A stretch of 64,000 nucleotides of DNA from an uncultured Bacteroidota bacterium (GCA_903926385.1 CAIYIS010000007.1:71614-135613), one strand, 5' to 3'. Counted from the first letter of the stretch, positions 9,351-19,587 are shown. The notes: generated by a model from the letters alone, not told the origin. Translations and numbers: made by a program.

Positions 9351-12035
9351 ATGCTTACACGAATATCATTAATCAACTCAAAAGGCTATGGAAAAGCCGA
9401 ACTTAAATTAGATAATTGCGACTCGCTTCAGTTGGTGGGGCCTAATAATATTGGGAAAAGTACACTTATTTATGCTTTGAACTTTTTGTTTATTGTAGAC
9501 GGACAGAAAATGTCGTTTAGCGGACAACGAAAAGGAGATAAAGAAACCATTCACCATTATTTTCCTACTCATAACAAGAGTTTTCTGGTGTTCGAAATGA
9601 ACAAGCTCGGGTATTCGTGTATATTGGTTAAAGCCAATTCGGACTGGGATTTGGAGTATTACCGAATAGAAAGCGAATATAACGAAGAATACTTTTTTGA
9701 CAGTCAGGAAAAACATCGTATACGCAGTTTTGACGAAGTGGAAGCTTTGCTTGCCGCTAAAGGAATTGAATACAGAAAGTATGCAAACAAAACAGAAGTG
9801 TTTAATGATGTTTACAAAAGAGGGAAAAACAACAATGCTGTGGTTTGGCTTGAAGATGCAGTAAAAACGGATGGACTGAGTAATAACTTTTCGAAGATAT
9901 ACCGTTACCTTATCAACTCGAAACTTATTACCAATAAAACGCTGAAAGATTCGTTGATAATTGCCGATAACAGAGAAAATGAGGGGTTGAACTTTTCGCA
10001 ACGAAACAAAACGGATATACTTAGTTTGTTAAAAGCAAATCAGGAAATACGAAATATTAAAGCAATTCAGCACGACTTTTTGGAGTTCAGAGAAACAGTA
10101 CGTGTCTTTAATTCGAAATCGAAAATTGTAAGTGAGTTGATTTATTGTTTCAACAAAGCATACGTTTCGGCTATTCCTCAATTTGAAAATACAATTTTGG
10201 AAAAAGGACATAACATAACTTCTATCCATAATGAAATAAACGAAATACTTCAACCGAAGGAACTCGATTTTGCCACACGAATAGGTGAGAAAAAATCGGA
10301 TATAAAAAACAAAACAAATTACTTCCTTGATAAGCAAGCTGAGTTGAATGAAATCAACAAGTTTGAGACCATTGATTTTCTAAATGAACAACTGAGAAAT
10401 CTGGATAAATCTCGTAAAGAAATTGAGTCGAGGATAACTACTATTGAGTCGCAGAAACTTTCGAGCAAGCAACTAGAGGCAAGACTCGAAAAAATAAATC
10501 AGCAAATAGCGTTAACCGAAAAACAAATAGATAACTATAATAACCTGCTTATTCATAAAATTTCGGATGATGAGGATGTGAAAAAGTTGTTGAATACTGT
10601 TCTTTCGGAGCAGGTAGCTAGCTTGTCGAGCAAACAAATAAAAAAACCTATTAAGAAAATATCGAACAAATTACTTAGCATTTTTGATGGTGAGATTGAT
10701 ATTTCCAAAGGCTTGCTTTTAAAAGAATTTAAATCGGTAAAAGAATTTAAGGACGAACTAAAAGCACTGGAACATGAAAAAAACCAAACGCTGGAACTTC
10801 TGAAAGTGGTTACCGATAAAGAAAAAACGGATGCCAAACTAAAAGAAATTATTGGGGAGATAGAGGAGATAAAAGAGAAGGTGAAAAAGATAGTTAGTAA
10901 ACCTCAGCTCGAAAAACACCTTGCAATAGTTCAAGCAGATATCAAAAAGCTTACAGGCGAGCAAAATGATTTGGATGAAGCCTTGAAAGATTTGGTAAAA
11001 GAAATAGCGCAAAAACAAATAGCACTGGAGGCATTCCAGGATGAGAGAAGGAATTTTGAGGTAAGGTTGAAAGAACTTAAAGAACGTAAGATGGAGATAG
11101 AAACCATTACCGACATTGAGCCTACTGAATTTGAAATAACCGATAATCTCGACCACATTTATCAGAAAATAAAAATTCATCAAAATGATCGTTTAGACAT
11201 TAAGCTAAATAAAGGAAGGGTGTTTGACAGTTTGAAAAACAAACTGAATAACGATATAGCCGATGAAGAAGAGTTTATCAAATTTGTGCAGGAAGAGATA
11301 CTTTGTTTGAGTGATAAAGAAAGAAGTATTGACGGCCTTTTGCAAAGTATTTCAATGCAGTTTGCTACTCCTGCTCATGCCTTGATTAAGCGTTATGATG
11401 AATTTAAGCAGTTTGTTTATAATAAATTTAATACCAAACTTTCTAAAACTCGTATTTCTAACATTGAGTCGATGCGTGTGGAATTACTGGATAATGAACG
11501 TATCATTGGAGAGTTAAAGAAAATAAGCGCTATTCAGGAGTTTAACGGGCAAATGAGTTTTGAATTTGATCAATCAGAAAACTTAAAAATACTAAATACT
11601 TATTTGGATAACGGAAAGAAGATAAGTTTTGATGAGTTGTTTAACATTCAACTTGTGTTAACTATTCAAGGGAATGAAAAGCATGTGGACCTTGCCAATC
11701 AGGTGGAGTCGGATGGAACTGACAGAATGATACGTTTGGTTATGATCATGTCGATTATTAACCGACTTGCAATAACTGATGAGCAGAATAAGATAGTTTT
11801 GTTTATTGATGAGGTTGCCACGATAGATAAACAAAATCGTCCGGAGATTGTAAAGTTTTGTAACGAACATTTCTTTATCCCGATTTTTGCCGCACCAGAT
11901 GCAGTAGAAGGATTCAATAAATACTATTTTATTTATCCTTCTAAAAATAAGATTAACATCAATGAACGACAAAATGCAATTGTTGTTGAGAAAAATGGTG
12001 TAGTAGAAAAAATAGGAAAAAAAGTTAAATCTTAA
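9351..12035 (+). CDS. SMC/Rad50/SbcC-like ABC ATPase with long central coiled coil
   Basis: N-terminal Walker A GPNNIGKST. A region of roughly 400 aa rich in heptad-like E/K/L/I repeats follows. The C-terminus has a degenerate signature (ESDGTDRM), Walker B IVLFIDE, a D-loop and a later His. No nuclease partner (SbcD-like) follows. Confidence 0.7.
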   Translation: MLTRISLINSKGYGKAELKLDNCDSLQLVGPNNIGKSTLIYALNFLFIVDGQKMSFSGQRKGDKETIHHYFPTHNKSFLVFEMNKLGYSCILVKANSDWDLEYYRIESEYNEEYFFDSQEKHRIRSFDEVEALLAAKGIEYRKYANKTEVFNDVYKRGKNNNAVVWLEDAVKTDGLSNNFSKIYRYLINSKLITNKTLKDSLIIADNRENEGLNFSQRNKTDILSLLKANQEIRNIKAIQHDFLEFRETVRVFNSKSKIVSELIYCFNKAYVSAIPQFENTILEKGHNITSIHNEINEILQPKELDFATRIGEKKSDIKNKTNYFLDKQAELNEINKFETIDFLNEQLRNLDKSRKEIESRITTIESQKLSSKQLEARLEKINQQIALTEKQIDNYNNLLIHKISDDEDVKKLLNTVLSEQVASLSSKQIKKPIKKISNKLLSIFDGEIDISKGLLLKEFKSVKEFKDELKALEHEKNQTLELLKVVTDKEKTDAKLKEIIGEIEEIKEKVKKIVSKPQLEKHLAIVQADIKKLTGEQNDLDEALKDLVKEIAQKQIALEAFQDERRNFEVRLKELKERKMEIETITDIEPTEFEITDNLDHIYQKIKIHQNDRLDIKLNKGRVFDSLKNKLNNDIADEEEFIKFVQEEILCLSDKERSIDGLLQSISMQFATPAHALIKRYDEFKQFVYNKFNTKLSKTRISNIESMRVELLDNERIIGELKKISAIQEFNGQMSFEFDQSENLKILNTYLDNGKKISFDELFNIQLVLTIQGNEKHVDLANQVESDGTDRMIRLVMIMSIINRLAITDEQNKIVLFIDEVATIDKQNRPEIVKFCNEHFFIPIFAAPDAVEGFNKYYFIYPSKNKININERQNAIVVEKNGVVEKIGKKVKS

Positions 12036-12048
12036 TTAGTCTAATAAA

Positions 12049-13242
12049 ATGAAGGCAGAACCAAGAACCGTACTCCGATTTTTGTTAGAGTATTTTGATA
12101 TTGTAAAAGACCTGTTTGATGCACAAACAAGGGATAACATCATTACATACGAGGTAATGAATGAAATTACATCCAAACATAAAATGGATGTAAAGATTCA
12201 GTTGCTGGAGTATAAAATAATAAGTAATGTTGCGGAAAACTATCAGTTTCGTCCGGTATTCGCCAATTTGATTGAGTTTATTCTAAGCGAGTTTAAACCT
12301 ATGTTGCCCGAAACGATTGAAAAGTATCATGTTTCGATTGGTGAGCTATTCAGGAAAATACGTGAAAATATCAATGGAGATAGAGTTATCTTAAACCAGC
12401 GCATTAGTGAACTGAGTAATGAAATCAATAATTTCTATGAATCGGTAGAAAAGAATACGCTTGCGCTTTTGAATGAAACGCGCGAATTGAAAGCCAATGT
12501 AAAGAAAGTGGATTACCGTGAGAAAATTATTCGTGCATCCCGTTGGATTGATGAGTACATTATTCCGCTTAATAAAATTCTTGACTTAAACCATTCTACA
12601 TCGCTTACCACTAAACTGTATGAGGTGTCGGAATATACAAATCGTTATCGTTTAAATTTTGATGATGAAGGAACGCGAATTCAATTCGAGAAACTCTATT
12701 TTTCATTGATTCAAGTAAACGATAATCTATTGCGGCAGTCAAAAATTCTGACAAATGAATTATTGCCATTAATTGAACGAATCCGGACGGAGTCAATCAT
12801 TCTTTCCGGCTGGATTAATTTTCTTAAGGCACCTCACAAGAAAAAAGTTCCGAAAATACTTGAAGTAAAGAGAAACTACATTTATTCGAAAGATACCTTT
12901 TTTAATGCGGCAGAGTTTTTTGATGCCTTCAAAAATGATGCTGATGTATATATAGAAGATGAAGAGTATGCAGATGAAAAATGGATTTTTGACAAACAAC
13001 ATTACAAAGACAAATTGCAGGAAAATATGCCGGTGCTTGATTTCTTTAAATGGTGTAACAAAACGTTGAAAGAAGATTATAAAAAAGTAGAAATAGAAAA
13101 ATTCTTTGCCCTTACATCACTTGCATTTGAAGAGGATTTACAATTGGAATATCCGGCCAAAGCAGAATTTGACAAAATAAAAATAAACGAGTTAACATTA
13201 ACAGTACCAAAAATTACAATTAATAAACATGGAATATCCTAG
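12049..13242 (+). CDS. hypothetical protein, second gene of the ATPase operon
   Basis: 397 aa, starting 13 nt after the ATPase stop. Alpha-helical composition with no recognisable catalytic motifs. Confidence 0.65.
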   Translation: MKAEPRTVLRFLLEYFDIVKDLFDAQTRDNIITYEVMNEITSKHKMDVKIQLLEYKIISNVAENYQFRPVFANLIEFILSEFKPMLPETIEKYHVSIGELFRKIRENINGDRVILNQRISELSNEINNFYESVEKNTLALLNETRELKANVKKVDYREKIIRASRWIDEYIIPLNKILDLNHSTSLTTKLYEVSEYTNRYRLNFDDEGTRIQFEKLYFSLIQVNDNLLRQSKILTNELLPLIERIRTESIILSGWINFLKAPHKKKVPKILEVKRNYIYSKDTFFNAAEFFDAFKNDADVYIEDEEYADEKWIFDKQHYKDKLQENMPVLDFFKWCNKTLKEDYKKVEIEKFFALTSLAFEEDLQLEYPAKAEFDKIKINELTLTVPKITINKHGIS

Positions 13243-13750
13243 AAACCACCGCAAAATTGTAGACGAACTCATGAGCGGTAAATTTATTTTACCCATTGAA
13301 CAGCATTACGAAGTATTAAAAGAAAATGAAGAATTCTATATTGATTTTTTTAAAATTTCTTTTAATTATGATTTGAAGTTTACTCAACATTACGTGTATT
13401 TAGTATCTGATGAATCAGCAGAAATGCTTTCTAGAGATATGTGCATTTTCTTTGCTGTTTTGAGTTACGAACTTGACCGAGACGGAAAAAACTTCCTTGA
13501 ACGCATTCAGTACACCGAGTTTGAACTGGATGAATTAGAAAATTATTTTATCAATTCATCCTACATTGATTTAATTCAAAGCAACAAACAATTGAAAGAT
13601 GCAGATGCTCGCAAGAATTTTATCAATACTTTAAACAGACGAAATATACTCGAAAAGATTGGAGACAACAGAATACTTTTCACGTCAGCGCATAAATTCT
13701 TTATGGATTTCGCATCTGATATTGTGAAATTTGAAAACGTTGAGGAATAA
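13229..13750 (+). CDS. hypothetical protein, third gene of the ATPase operon
   Basis: 173 aa. Its start overlaps the upstream stop by 14 nt (ATGGAATATCCTAG), indicating translational coupling. Acidic helical protein. Confidence 0.6.
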   Translation: MEYPRNHRKIVDELMSGKFILPIEQHYEVLKENEEFYIDFFKISFNYDLKFTQHYVYLVSDESAEMLSRDMCIFFAVLSYELDRDGKNFLERIQYTEFELDELENYFINSSYIDLIQSNKQLKDADARKNFINTLNRRNILEKIGDNRILFTSAHKFFMDFASDIVKFENVEE

Positions 13751-13785
13751 CAAGGTTATTTAGTCAATCCGTGTTTTCTTTAAAA

Positions 13786-13820
13786 TAAAATCAGGTGTCG
13801 ATCACCTGATTTTGTTTTGT
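13786..13820 (+). terminator. rho-independent terminator closing the three-gene operon
   Basis: ATCAGGTG-tcga-(t)CACCTGAT stem followed by TTTGTTTTG. Confidence 0.6.
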
Positions 13821-13871
13821 ACCTTCGTCCCGAAATCAATTATTACAATAATTCATTCATACTAATATAAC

Positions 13872-15047
13872 GTGTATCCATCCATCTACTATGCCCTGAA
13901 AGACTTGTTCGGTTGGGATTTGCCATTCTTTAAAATGATTCAGAGTTTTGGCTTTTTTGTAGCCATTTCGTTTTTGCTGGCCGCTTATTTTCTGACCAGG
14001 GAGTTAAAACGAAAAGAAAATGAAGGGTTGTTGACTACTACCACTCGCAAAGTGTTGATAGGAGAAAAAGCTACACAGATGGAGCTAATCACTTCGGCCA
14101 TCATCGGGTTTCTGATAGGATATAAAGTGGTGTATGTGCTTTTTAATTTTTCGGCATTTACCGAAAATACACAGGGCTTTTTGTTGTCGTCAAAAGGAAA
14201 TTTGTTTGGAGGTATTGTTTTGGCTGTGGTTATGGCCTTTCTTAAATACAGAGAAAAGGAGAAAACAAAATTGCCTGAACCAAAATGGATAGAAGAAACA
14301 GTCCATCCGTTTCAGGAAGTTGGAAATATAACGTTGATAGCGGCTTTTGCGGGTTTGCTGGGCGCTAAGGTGTTTCACAATCTGGAAAACTGGGATGAAT
14401 TTGTGAAAGATCCGGTGGATGCATTGCTTTCGTTTAGCGGGCTAACGATGTACGGAGGACTAATATGTGCTTCGGTGGCTTGTATTTATTACGGATTAAA
14501 AAAGAAAATACCTGCTCCCCACCTGATAGATGCCACTGCACCTTCGCTTATGCTTGCTTATGGTGTCGGTAGATTGGGTTGTCAGATAGCCGGTGACGGT
14601 GACTGGGGGATAAATAATGTGGCCCCAAAACCGGGTTGGTTGAGCTGGGCACCTGATTGGGTTTGGAGTTATGATTATGCTCACAATGTGAATTCGGTGG
14701 GGGAACAAATTCCAAATTGTGTGAATGATAAGTTCTGTTACCATTTGGTTCCACCTGTGTTTCCTACTCCTTTTTACGAAACCATTATGTGTTTGATTTT
14801 GTTTTTTGTGTTGTGGAAAATACGTAAACGCATTACTGTTCCGGGAGTGTTGTTTTGTGTTTATTTAATAATGAATGGCGCAGAACGCTTCGCGATAGAA
14901 TCTATACGAGTGAATACATTGTACCATATCGGCACGTTTGGATTTACACAAGCTCAGTTGATTTCTGTATTGTTATTCATTACGGGAATTGCGGGGGTGT
15001 TTTACTTCCGAAAGAAACACAATGCCACGAGTGTTCAGAAAAATTAA
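13872..15047 (+). CDS. lgt: prolipoprotein diacylglyceryl transferase (Lgt)-like polytopic membrane protein
   Basis: Multi-TM protein with an Lgt-like N-terminus (..GWDLPFFKMIQSFGFFVAISFLLAAYF) and YGVGRLGCQIAGDGDWG, resembling the GRxGCF/GNF Lgt signature. Confidence 0.5.
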   Translation: MYPSIYYALKDLFGWDLPFFKMIQSFGFFVAISFLLAAYFLTRELKRKENEGLLTTTTRKVLIGEKATQMELITSAIIGFLIGYKVVYVLFNFSAFTENTQGFLLSSKGNLFGGIVLAVVMAFLKYREKEKTKLPEPKWIEETVHPFQEVGNITLIAAFAGLLGAKVFHNLENWDEFVKDPVDALLSFSGLTMYGGLICASVACIYYGLKKKIPAPHLIDATAPSLMLAYGVGRLGCQIAGDGDWGINNVAPKPGWLSWAPDWVWSYDYAHNVNSVGEQIPNCVNDKFCYHLVPPVFPTPFYETIMCLILFFVLWKIRKRITVPGVLFCVYLIMNGAERFAIESIRVNTLYHIGTFGFTQAQLISVLLFITGIAGVFYFRKKHNATSVQKN

Positions 15048-15053
15048 GTAAGA

Positions 15054-16781
15054 TTATTTTTCTATGTCTGTTTCGTTATAGATGTGCAAATCGATATAGT
15101 ATAAATCGGTTGCTACTTTAAAATCTTCAGGATGCATGTCTTTTAAATTAATGGTTTGCTGCCCATCTATAGAAGGATAAATTTCAGTAAATACATTTTT
15201 ATCGGTGGTGATTTTAACCGGCATGGAAAAGTGAGATAGCTTAATAATCTGCTCTTCTTCGTCTGTGGTTACGGTTTTGAATTTGTAATAATAATTAGCC
15301 TTTAAATCCATAAAATCCTTCCATAATATAATTTCGAGAGTAGGAATACACTTGGTGCGCAAGTAGACATTAAAGAGGGAGGAGAAATTAATTCCGGAAA
15401 GGTCGTTAAAGTATTTTTCAACCTCGGCAGAAGTTACACTCTGATATTTGTATTTGTCCTGAATACCTCTGATGATGGCAAAAAAACGAGGGTCGTCATC
15501 CATCAAACTTCTGATGGTGTGCAAAAGCATAGCCCCTTTGGAATACATATCGCCCGAGCCTTCGTTGTTTACATTGTATCTGCCAATGATGGCTTCGTCA
15601 TTACTGATGTCTTTTTTTTCAGCGTTGATGTATTCCAGGTATGCATCGTGCCCGTAAAGATATTCGATGTAGAGCGCTTCGGCATAAGTTCCAAAACCTT
15701 CGTGAATCCACATGTCGGCAATATCAGATGAAGTTACACTGTTTCCCCACCATTCGTGTGCGCTTTCGTGAATAATGATGTAATCAAACTGATATCCTGT
15801 TCCGGAACGGTCGTATCCGAGGTATCCGTTTTTAAATTTATTTCCGTAAGCAATACAGCTTTGGTGTTCCATGCCCAGAAAAGGAGCTTCTACAAGTTTG
15901 TATCCATCATTCACAAAAGGATATTCACCAAAATAATTGTAGTAAGCATCCATCATGGGTTTTACCTGAGCAAATTGTTTTTCGGCTTTGGTCGCATTGT
16001 AAGGCAGTACATAATAATCGAGCGTGAGTGTGTCGGGATAGTCTTTGTTTTTATAAAAATCTTTGATGTGTTTGTATTTTCCAATGTTTACCGTTACATC
16101 GTAGTTATTGATGGGATAAGAAACATACCATTCGAAACGGGTGTAATTATTATCTAAATGTGTGGTGCGTTTTAATCTTCCATTCGATATTTCATTCAGC
16201 CCATTGGGTACAGCCACTCTGATGAGCATTTCGTTAGGTTCATCGCTTTGATGTTCTTTGCAAGGATACCATAAACTGGCACCGGTACCCTGGCATGAAA
16301 CACCAACAAATGGATTGCCGTCTTTATCTGTGGTCCATGTAAAGCCACCATCCCATGGAGGATTTTTAGCCACCTGAGGATTTCCGGAATAAAAAACTTT
16401 GATACTTTGGGCGGTTCCCTTTCGGATACTATCGGGGAAAGTTACAAACACAGCATCGAATTGACGAGTAAACTTTAATTCCTTTGTATTGTATAGAATC
16501 TTTTCAATCTTCATATTGCTGAATAAATCAACCTGAAGTGTTTTGAAATTTTTAACTGTAAGAAATTTGATGGTATTGCTACCGCTTATGAATTTATTTT
16601 CGATGTCGATTTTAATATCCAGGTCGTACATCAAAATATCATAACAGGAACGAAAGGGAGTAATCTCTCCTCTCAGCGAATCGGCTTTGGTGAATTTTTT
16701 TTTAACTTCATAAGAAGGTTGGGCTATTGCAGAAATAGTGAATAAAAAAAACAGAATAAAAATAGTATTATGTTTTTTCAC
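15054..16781 (-). CDS. M1 family zinc metallopeptidase (aminopeptidase N-like), secreted
   Basis: Signal peptide, a GxMEN-like FLGMEHQ, zinc motif HESAHEWWGN followed by WIHEGFGTYAE (HExxH-x18-E). Its start abuts the stop of the upstream TPR gene. Confidence 0.75.
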   Translation of the reverse strand: MKKHNTIFILFFLFTISAIAQPSYEVKKKFTKADSLRGEITPFRSCYDILMYDLDIKIDIENKFISGSNTIKFLTVKNFKTLQVDLFSNMKIEKILYNTKELKFTRQFDAVFVTFPDSIRKGTAQSIKVFYSGNPQVAKNPPWDGGFTWTTDKDGNPFVGVSCQGTGASLWYPCKEHQSDEPNEMLIRVAVPNGLNEISNGRLKRTTHLDNNYTRFEWYVSYPINNYDVTVNIGKYKHIKDFYKNKDYPDTLTLDYYVLPYNATKAEKQFAQVKPMMDAYYNYFGEYPFVNDGYKLVEAPFLGMEHQSCIAYGNKFKNGYLGYDRSGTGYQFDYIIIHESAHEWWGNSVTSSDIADMWIHEGFGTYAEALYIEYLYGHDAYLEYINAEKKDISNDEAIIGRYNVNNEGSGDMYSKGAMLLHTIRSLMDDDPRFFAIIRGIQDKYKYQSVTSAEVEKYFNDLSGINFSSLFNVYLRTKCIPTLEIILWKDFMDLKANYYYKFKTVTTDEEEQIIKLSHFSMPVKITTDKNVFTEIYPSIDGQQTINLKDMHPEDFKVATDLYYIDLHIYNETDIEK

Positions 16782-18110
16782 TTATTTGCAATTAAAAATT
16801 CGTTTACTCTTTGCAGCACCATTGCCTAATTTTTCAGCTCGTTTGTAATCTTCACAAGCCAGTTCTGATTTCTTTTGCAGTAAAAATAAATCGCCTCGTG
16901 CTAATAAAATCGAACTGTAGTCAGAATTAATTTCTAACATTTTATTGTAGTCTTCAATGGCACTTTCATAATTTTTGGTGGTGAAGAAGAGGATGGCTCT
17001 TTTATGTAAAATGTCGAGATTTCCGGGAGCAACTTTTAGTGCACGCGTTAAGTCGGAGATAGCACAAACCAAATTACCTTTTTGCGTTTCGGCAATGGCA
17101 CGCTGATTATATCCATCTGTACTATTCGGATTTTTTTCGATTGCGACATTATAATCCATCAATGCTTGTTGATATTTACCCATAAAATCGTAGGCATTGC
17201 CTCGAAGTATAATTGCTTCGTTGTAGTCTTTTTTATATTTTAATGCATAAGTACAATCATCAATTATTTTGTCGTATTTCTTTAAATCAAATTCGGCTAA
17301 TGCCCTGGTGTAATATGCAAGTGCATTGGTTGAATCCAATTGTATAGCTTTGGAACAATCTTCAACAGCACCGGCATCATTTCCCATCTCATCCTTAATT
17401 TCGGCACGTTTCAACAGAGCAAACACATCAGTAGGTTCCAATTCCAGTCCTTTGTTGTAATCTGCCAATGCAAGTTTATTGTTTTTCAGTTCGCGATGCA
17501 TATAGGCTCTGTTAAAATAGGCAGAAGAAACATCTGGATTGATGGCAATGAGTTTTGAAAGAACTTTGATTGAAAGTGAATCAGAGCCAAGTGCACTGTA
17601 AGCATGAGCCTGGTTGATGTAGGCCATAGTGTACTTATTATTCAGTTGAATTGCTTTTCCAAAATCAGCGATGGCCAAATCGTATTTCCGTTGCAGGTTG
17701 TATAAATATCCCCTGTTATTATAAATCTCTGCCATGTTTGGTGCAATGGCTAAAGCTGAATTGAAATCATTTATTGCATCATCATACTTTTGCATTCCGC
17801 TAAAAGTGGTTCCGCGATTCACCAAAGCTTCTACTTTTTTTGGGTTGAAATAAATTGCTCTTGTGTAGTCAGAAATGGCTTCGATGGTATTGCCAATGTT
17901 AGAATATGCAACTCCTCTGCTGTAATAAGCTTCAGCATTTTTCGGGGAATCTTTAATTACTTTGTCGAATACTTTAATGGCTTCTGTGTATTTTTTTTCT
18001 GCAAGCAAACTGTTACCTGTTTTTAAAGCAGGGTCAGAGATGGTGACAACTTGAGCACGAAATACAATGGTAACAAAACAAAACAGAATAAACAGAAAAC
18101 TTTTTTTCAT
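16782..18110 (-). CDS. tetratricopeptide (TPR) repeat protein, secreted
   Basis: Signal peptide MKKSFLFILFCFVTIVFRAQ followed by about 12 canonical 34-aa TPR units (AxxYxxRGxAY.. pattern). Confidence 0.75.
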   Translation of the reverse strand: MKKSFLFILFCFVTIVFRAQVVTISDPALKTGNSLLAEKKYTEAIKVFDKVIKDSPKNAEAYYSRGVAYSNIGNTIEAISDYTRAIYFNPKKVEALVNRGTTFSGMQKYDDAINDFNSALAIAPNMAEIYNNRGYLYNLQRKYDLAIADFGKAIQLNNKYTMAYINQAHAYSALGSDSLSIKVLSKLIAINPDVSSAYFNRAYMHRELKNNKLALADYNKGLELEPTDVFALLKRAEIKDEMGNDAGAVEDCSKAIQLDSTNALAYYTRALAEFDLKKYDKIIDDCTYALKYKKDYNEAIILRGNAYDFMGKYQQALMDYNVAIEKNPNSTDGYNQRAIAETQKGNLVCAISDLTRALKVAPGNLDILHKRAILFFTTKNYESAIEDYNKMLEINSDYSSILLARGDLFLLQKKSELACEDYKRAEKLGNGAAKSKRIFNCK

Positions 18111-18139
18111 CACTTGTTTTAAAAAAACGAACAAATATA

Positions 18140-18182
18140 AAAACAAAAACGCCTCGTAGCACAAAGCAACGAGGCGTTTTGT
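18140..18182 (-). terminator. hairpin terminator (functions for the 18197-18799 minus-strand gene)
   Basis: AACGCCTCG / CGAGGCGTT 9-bp stem flanked by an A-run upstream and a T-run downstream, so it reads as a T-tailed hairpin on the minus strand. Confidence 0.5.
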
Positions 18183-18196
18183 TAATAGAAGAATAA

Positions 18197-18799
18197 CTAT
18201 TTCGATTTTACAATCTTTCTAGTTTCGGAAAGTAAACCTTCTTTGTATGTACGAACAAAGTAAATTCCTGATGGGATTGCATCTAAATTCATTTCAATGG
18301 TTCCTTCAATCGAAGATAATTCAACAGATTTAACCAAAGAACCAACAACGTTCAAAATTTCAATTTTAGATAAGTTATTATACGTTAAACTAATTTTTTC
18401 GGTGAATGGATTAGGGTACACAGATGTCAAGAGATTTTCACTAGGTTCTTCAATTCCTACAGGTGTTACAGTGAAACTAGCCAACATTGAAGTTCCCATT
18501 AATCCACATTTGTAAGCATATGTTCCTGCTGTAGTAATTGTGTATGAGAATGTTTGGCCAGTAGTAGATAGATTTGGAGAATTAAAAGCTGCAGCCCCTG
18601 ATGGAATAATTATGCTTGCAACGTTGTGCGTCCCTGCTCCTGCAGCCAATGTCCAAACAATAACATCGCCAACTGCTGCATTTAATGCTTGTGGAGAAAA
18701 GGCGGCAGACCCTATTGAAACAGGAATGTTAACGGCATTTGAATTAATGTTACAAAAGATGAAACTTGATGCTAATAGAATTGTGTAAATTTTTTTCAT
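18197..18799 (-). CDS. small secreted protein with T9SS type A C-terminal sorting domain
   Basis: Signal peptide, and C-terminal YPNPFTEKISLTY...LPSGIYFVRTY...KIVKSK typical of Por_Secre_tail. The central region has an HNV...YAYKCGLMGTSM cupredoxin-like pattern lacking the second His. Confidence 0.65.
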   Translation of the reverse strand: MKKIYTILLASSFIFCNINSNAVNIPVSIGSAAFSPQALNAAVGDVIVWTLAAGAGTHNVASIIIPSGAAAFNSPNLSTTGQTFSYTITTAGTYAYKCGLMGTSMLASFTVTPVGIEEPSENLLTSVYPNPFTEKISLTYNNLSKIEILNVVGSLVKSVELSSIEGTIEMNLDAIPSGIYFVRTYKEGLLSETRKIVKSK

Positions 18800-18861
18800 T
18801 TGATATAATTTTATTGGTTAATACTTCGTCAAAGGTAATACATTTTTAATATGTATCAAAA

Positions 18862-19587
18862 TTATGAAATAACCTCCTCTAGTATAGCTATGGATTTTAC
18901 TTCGCCAAATCCTATAATATGAAATTGATAAAAAAGGATGAGCGATTCTATTAATTGTTTTCTTTCTAGTTTATTCAGCTTTATGGTGTTGATTGTTTCA
19001 AACGATCCACAAATGAAGGTATAAAGTTGATTACTTCTTGAGATGCTTAAATAAAAAGGATGTTCGGGAACTGAATTCTTGAAGACTCCTTCTTTTAAAT
19101 CGAATATAGAATTGTTATGAATATATTCCCCTTGGGGATAAAATCCTAAGTGTTTTGTTAATCGCAACATAAAATACAAATGAAAATTTGAACAGTTTCT
19201 GTTTTCAATATCTAATAACAATAAAGAATTTTTAATAAATTCGAATAACTCTGCATCAGAATGAGATTCTTTAAGCGATTTGTAAAGAATTTCGTTCACG
19301 AATAGTAGGATGGAGCTTTTTACGATTTGATAGGGAATTGTTTGATATGGAGAGCTGTTGTTAACTTCAGTCATACGTTGAAGTTCTCCCTTTTCAGAAT
19401 GAGTTACTTCTAAGTCTATTATTGAGAGTGGCTGGAAGAGACTGGCTTTTGTTTTAGATTTTTTTGAACGAGTACCATTAATAAGATATGATTGCAATCC
19501 AAAATCTTTGGTATATAATTTAACAATTAAGCTGGTATCTGAATATTTCTGACAATGAAGAACGATTCCACTTGTTTTGTGTAGCAT
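18862..19587 (-). CDS. recO: DNA repair protein RecO
   Basis: N-terminal OB-fold sequence MLHKTSGIVLHCQKYSDTSLIVKLYTKDFGLQSYL and a length typical of RecO. The longer ORF start at 19674 would overlap the upstream gene. Confidence 0.65.
   Translation of the reverse strand: MLHKTSGIVLHCQKYSDTSLIVKLYTKDFGLQSYLINGTRSKKSKTKASLFQPLSIIDLEVTHSEKGELQRMTEVNNSSPYQTIPYQIVKSSILLFVNEILYKSLKESHSDAELFEFIKNSLLLLDIENRNCSNFHLYFMLRLTKHLGFYPQGEYIHNNSIFDLKEGVFKNSVPEHPFYLSISRSNQLYTFICGSFETINTIKLNKLERKQLIESLILFYQFHIIGFGEVKSIAILEEVIS

Noticed and set aside
9408-11972. Several 60-200-aa minus-strand ORFs (9408-10001, 10029-10337, 10553-11183, 11658-11972)
   Set aside because: They are antisense within the 894-aa ATPase gene. 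AT-rich coding DNA gives long spurious reverse frames.
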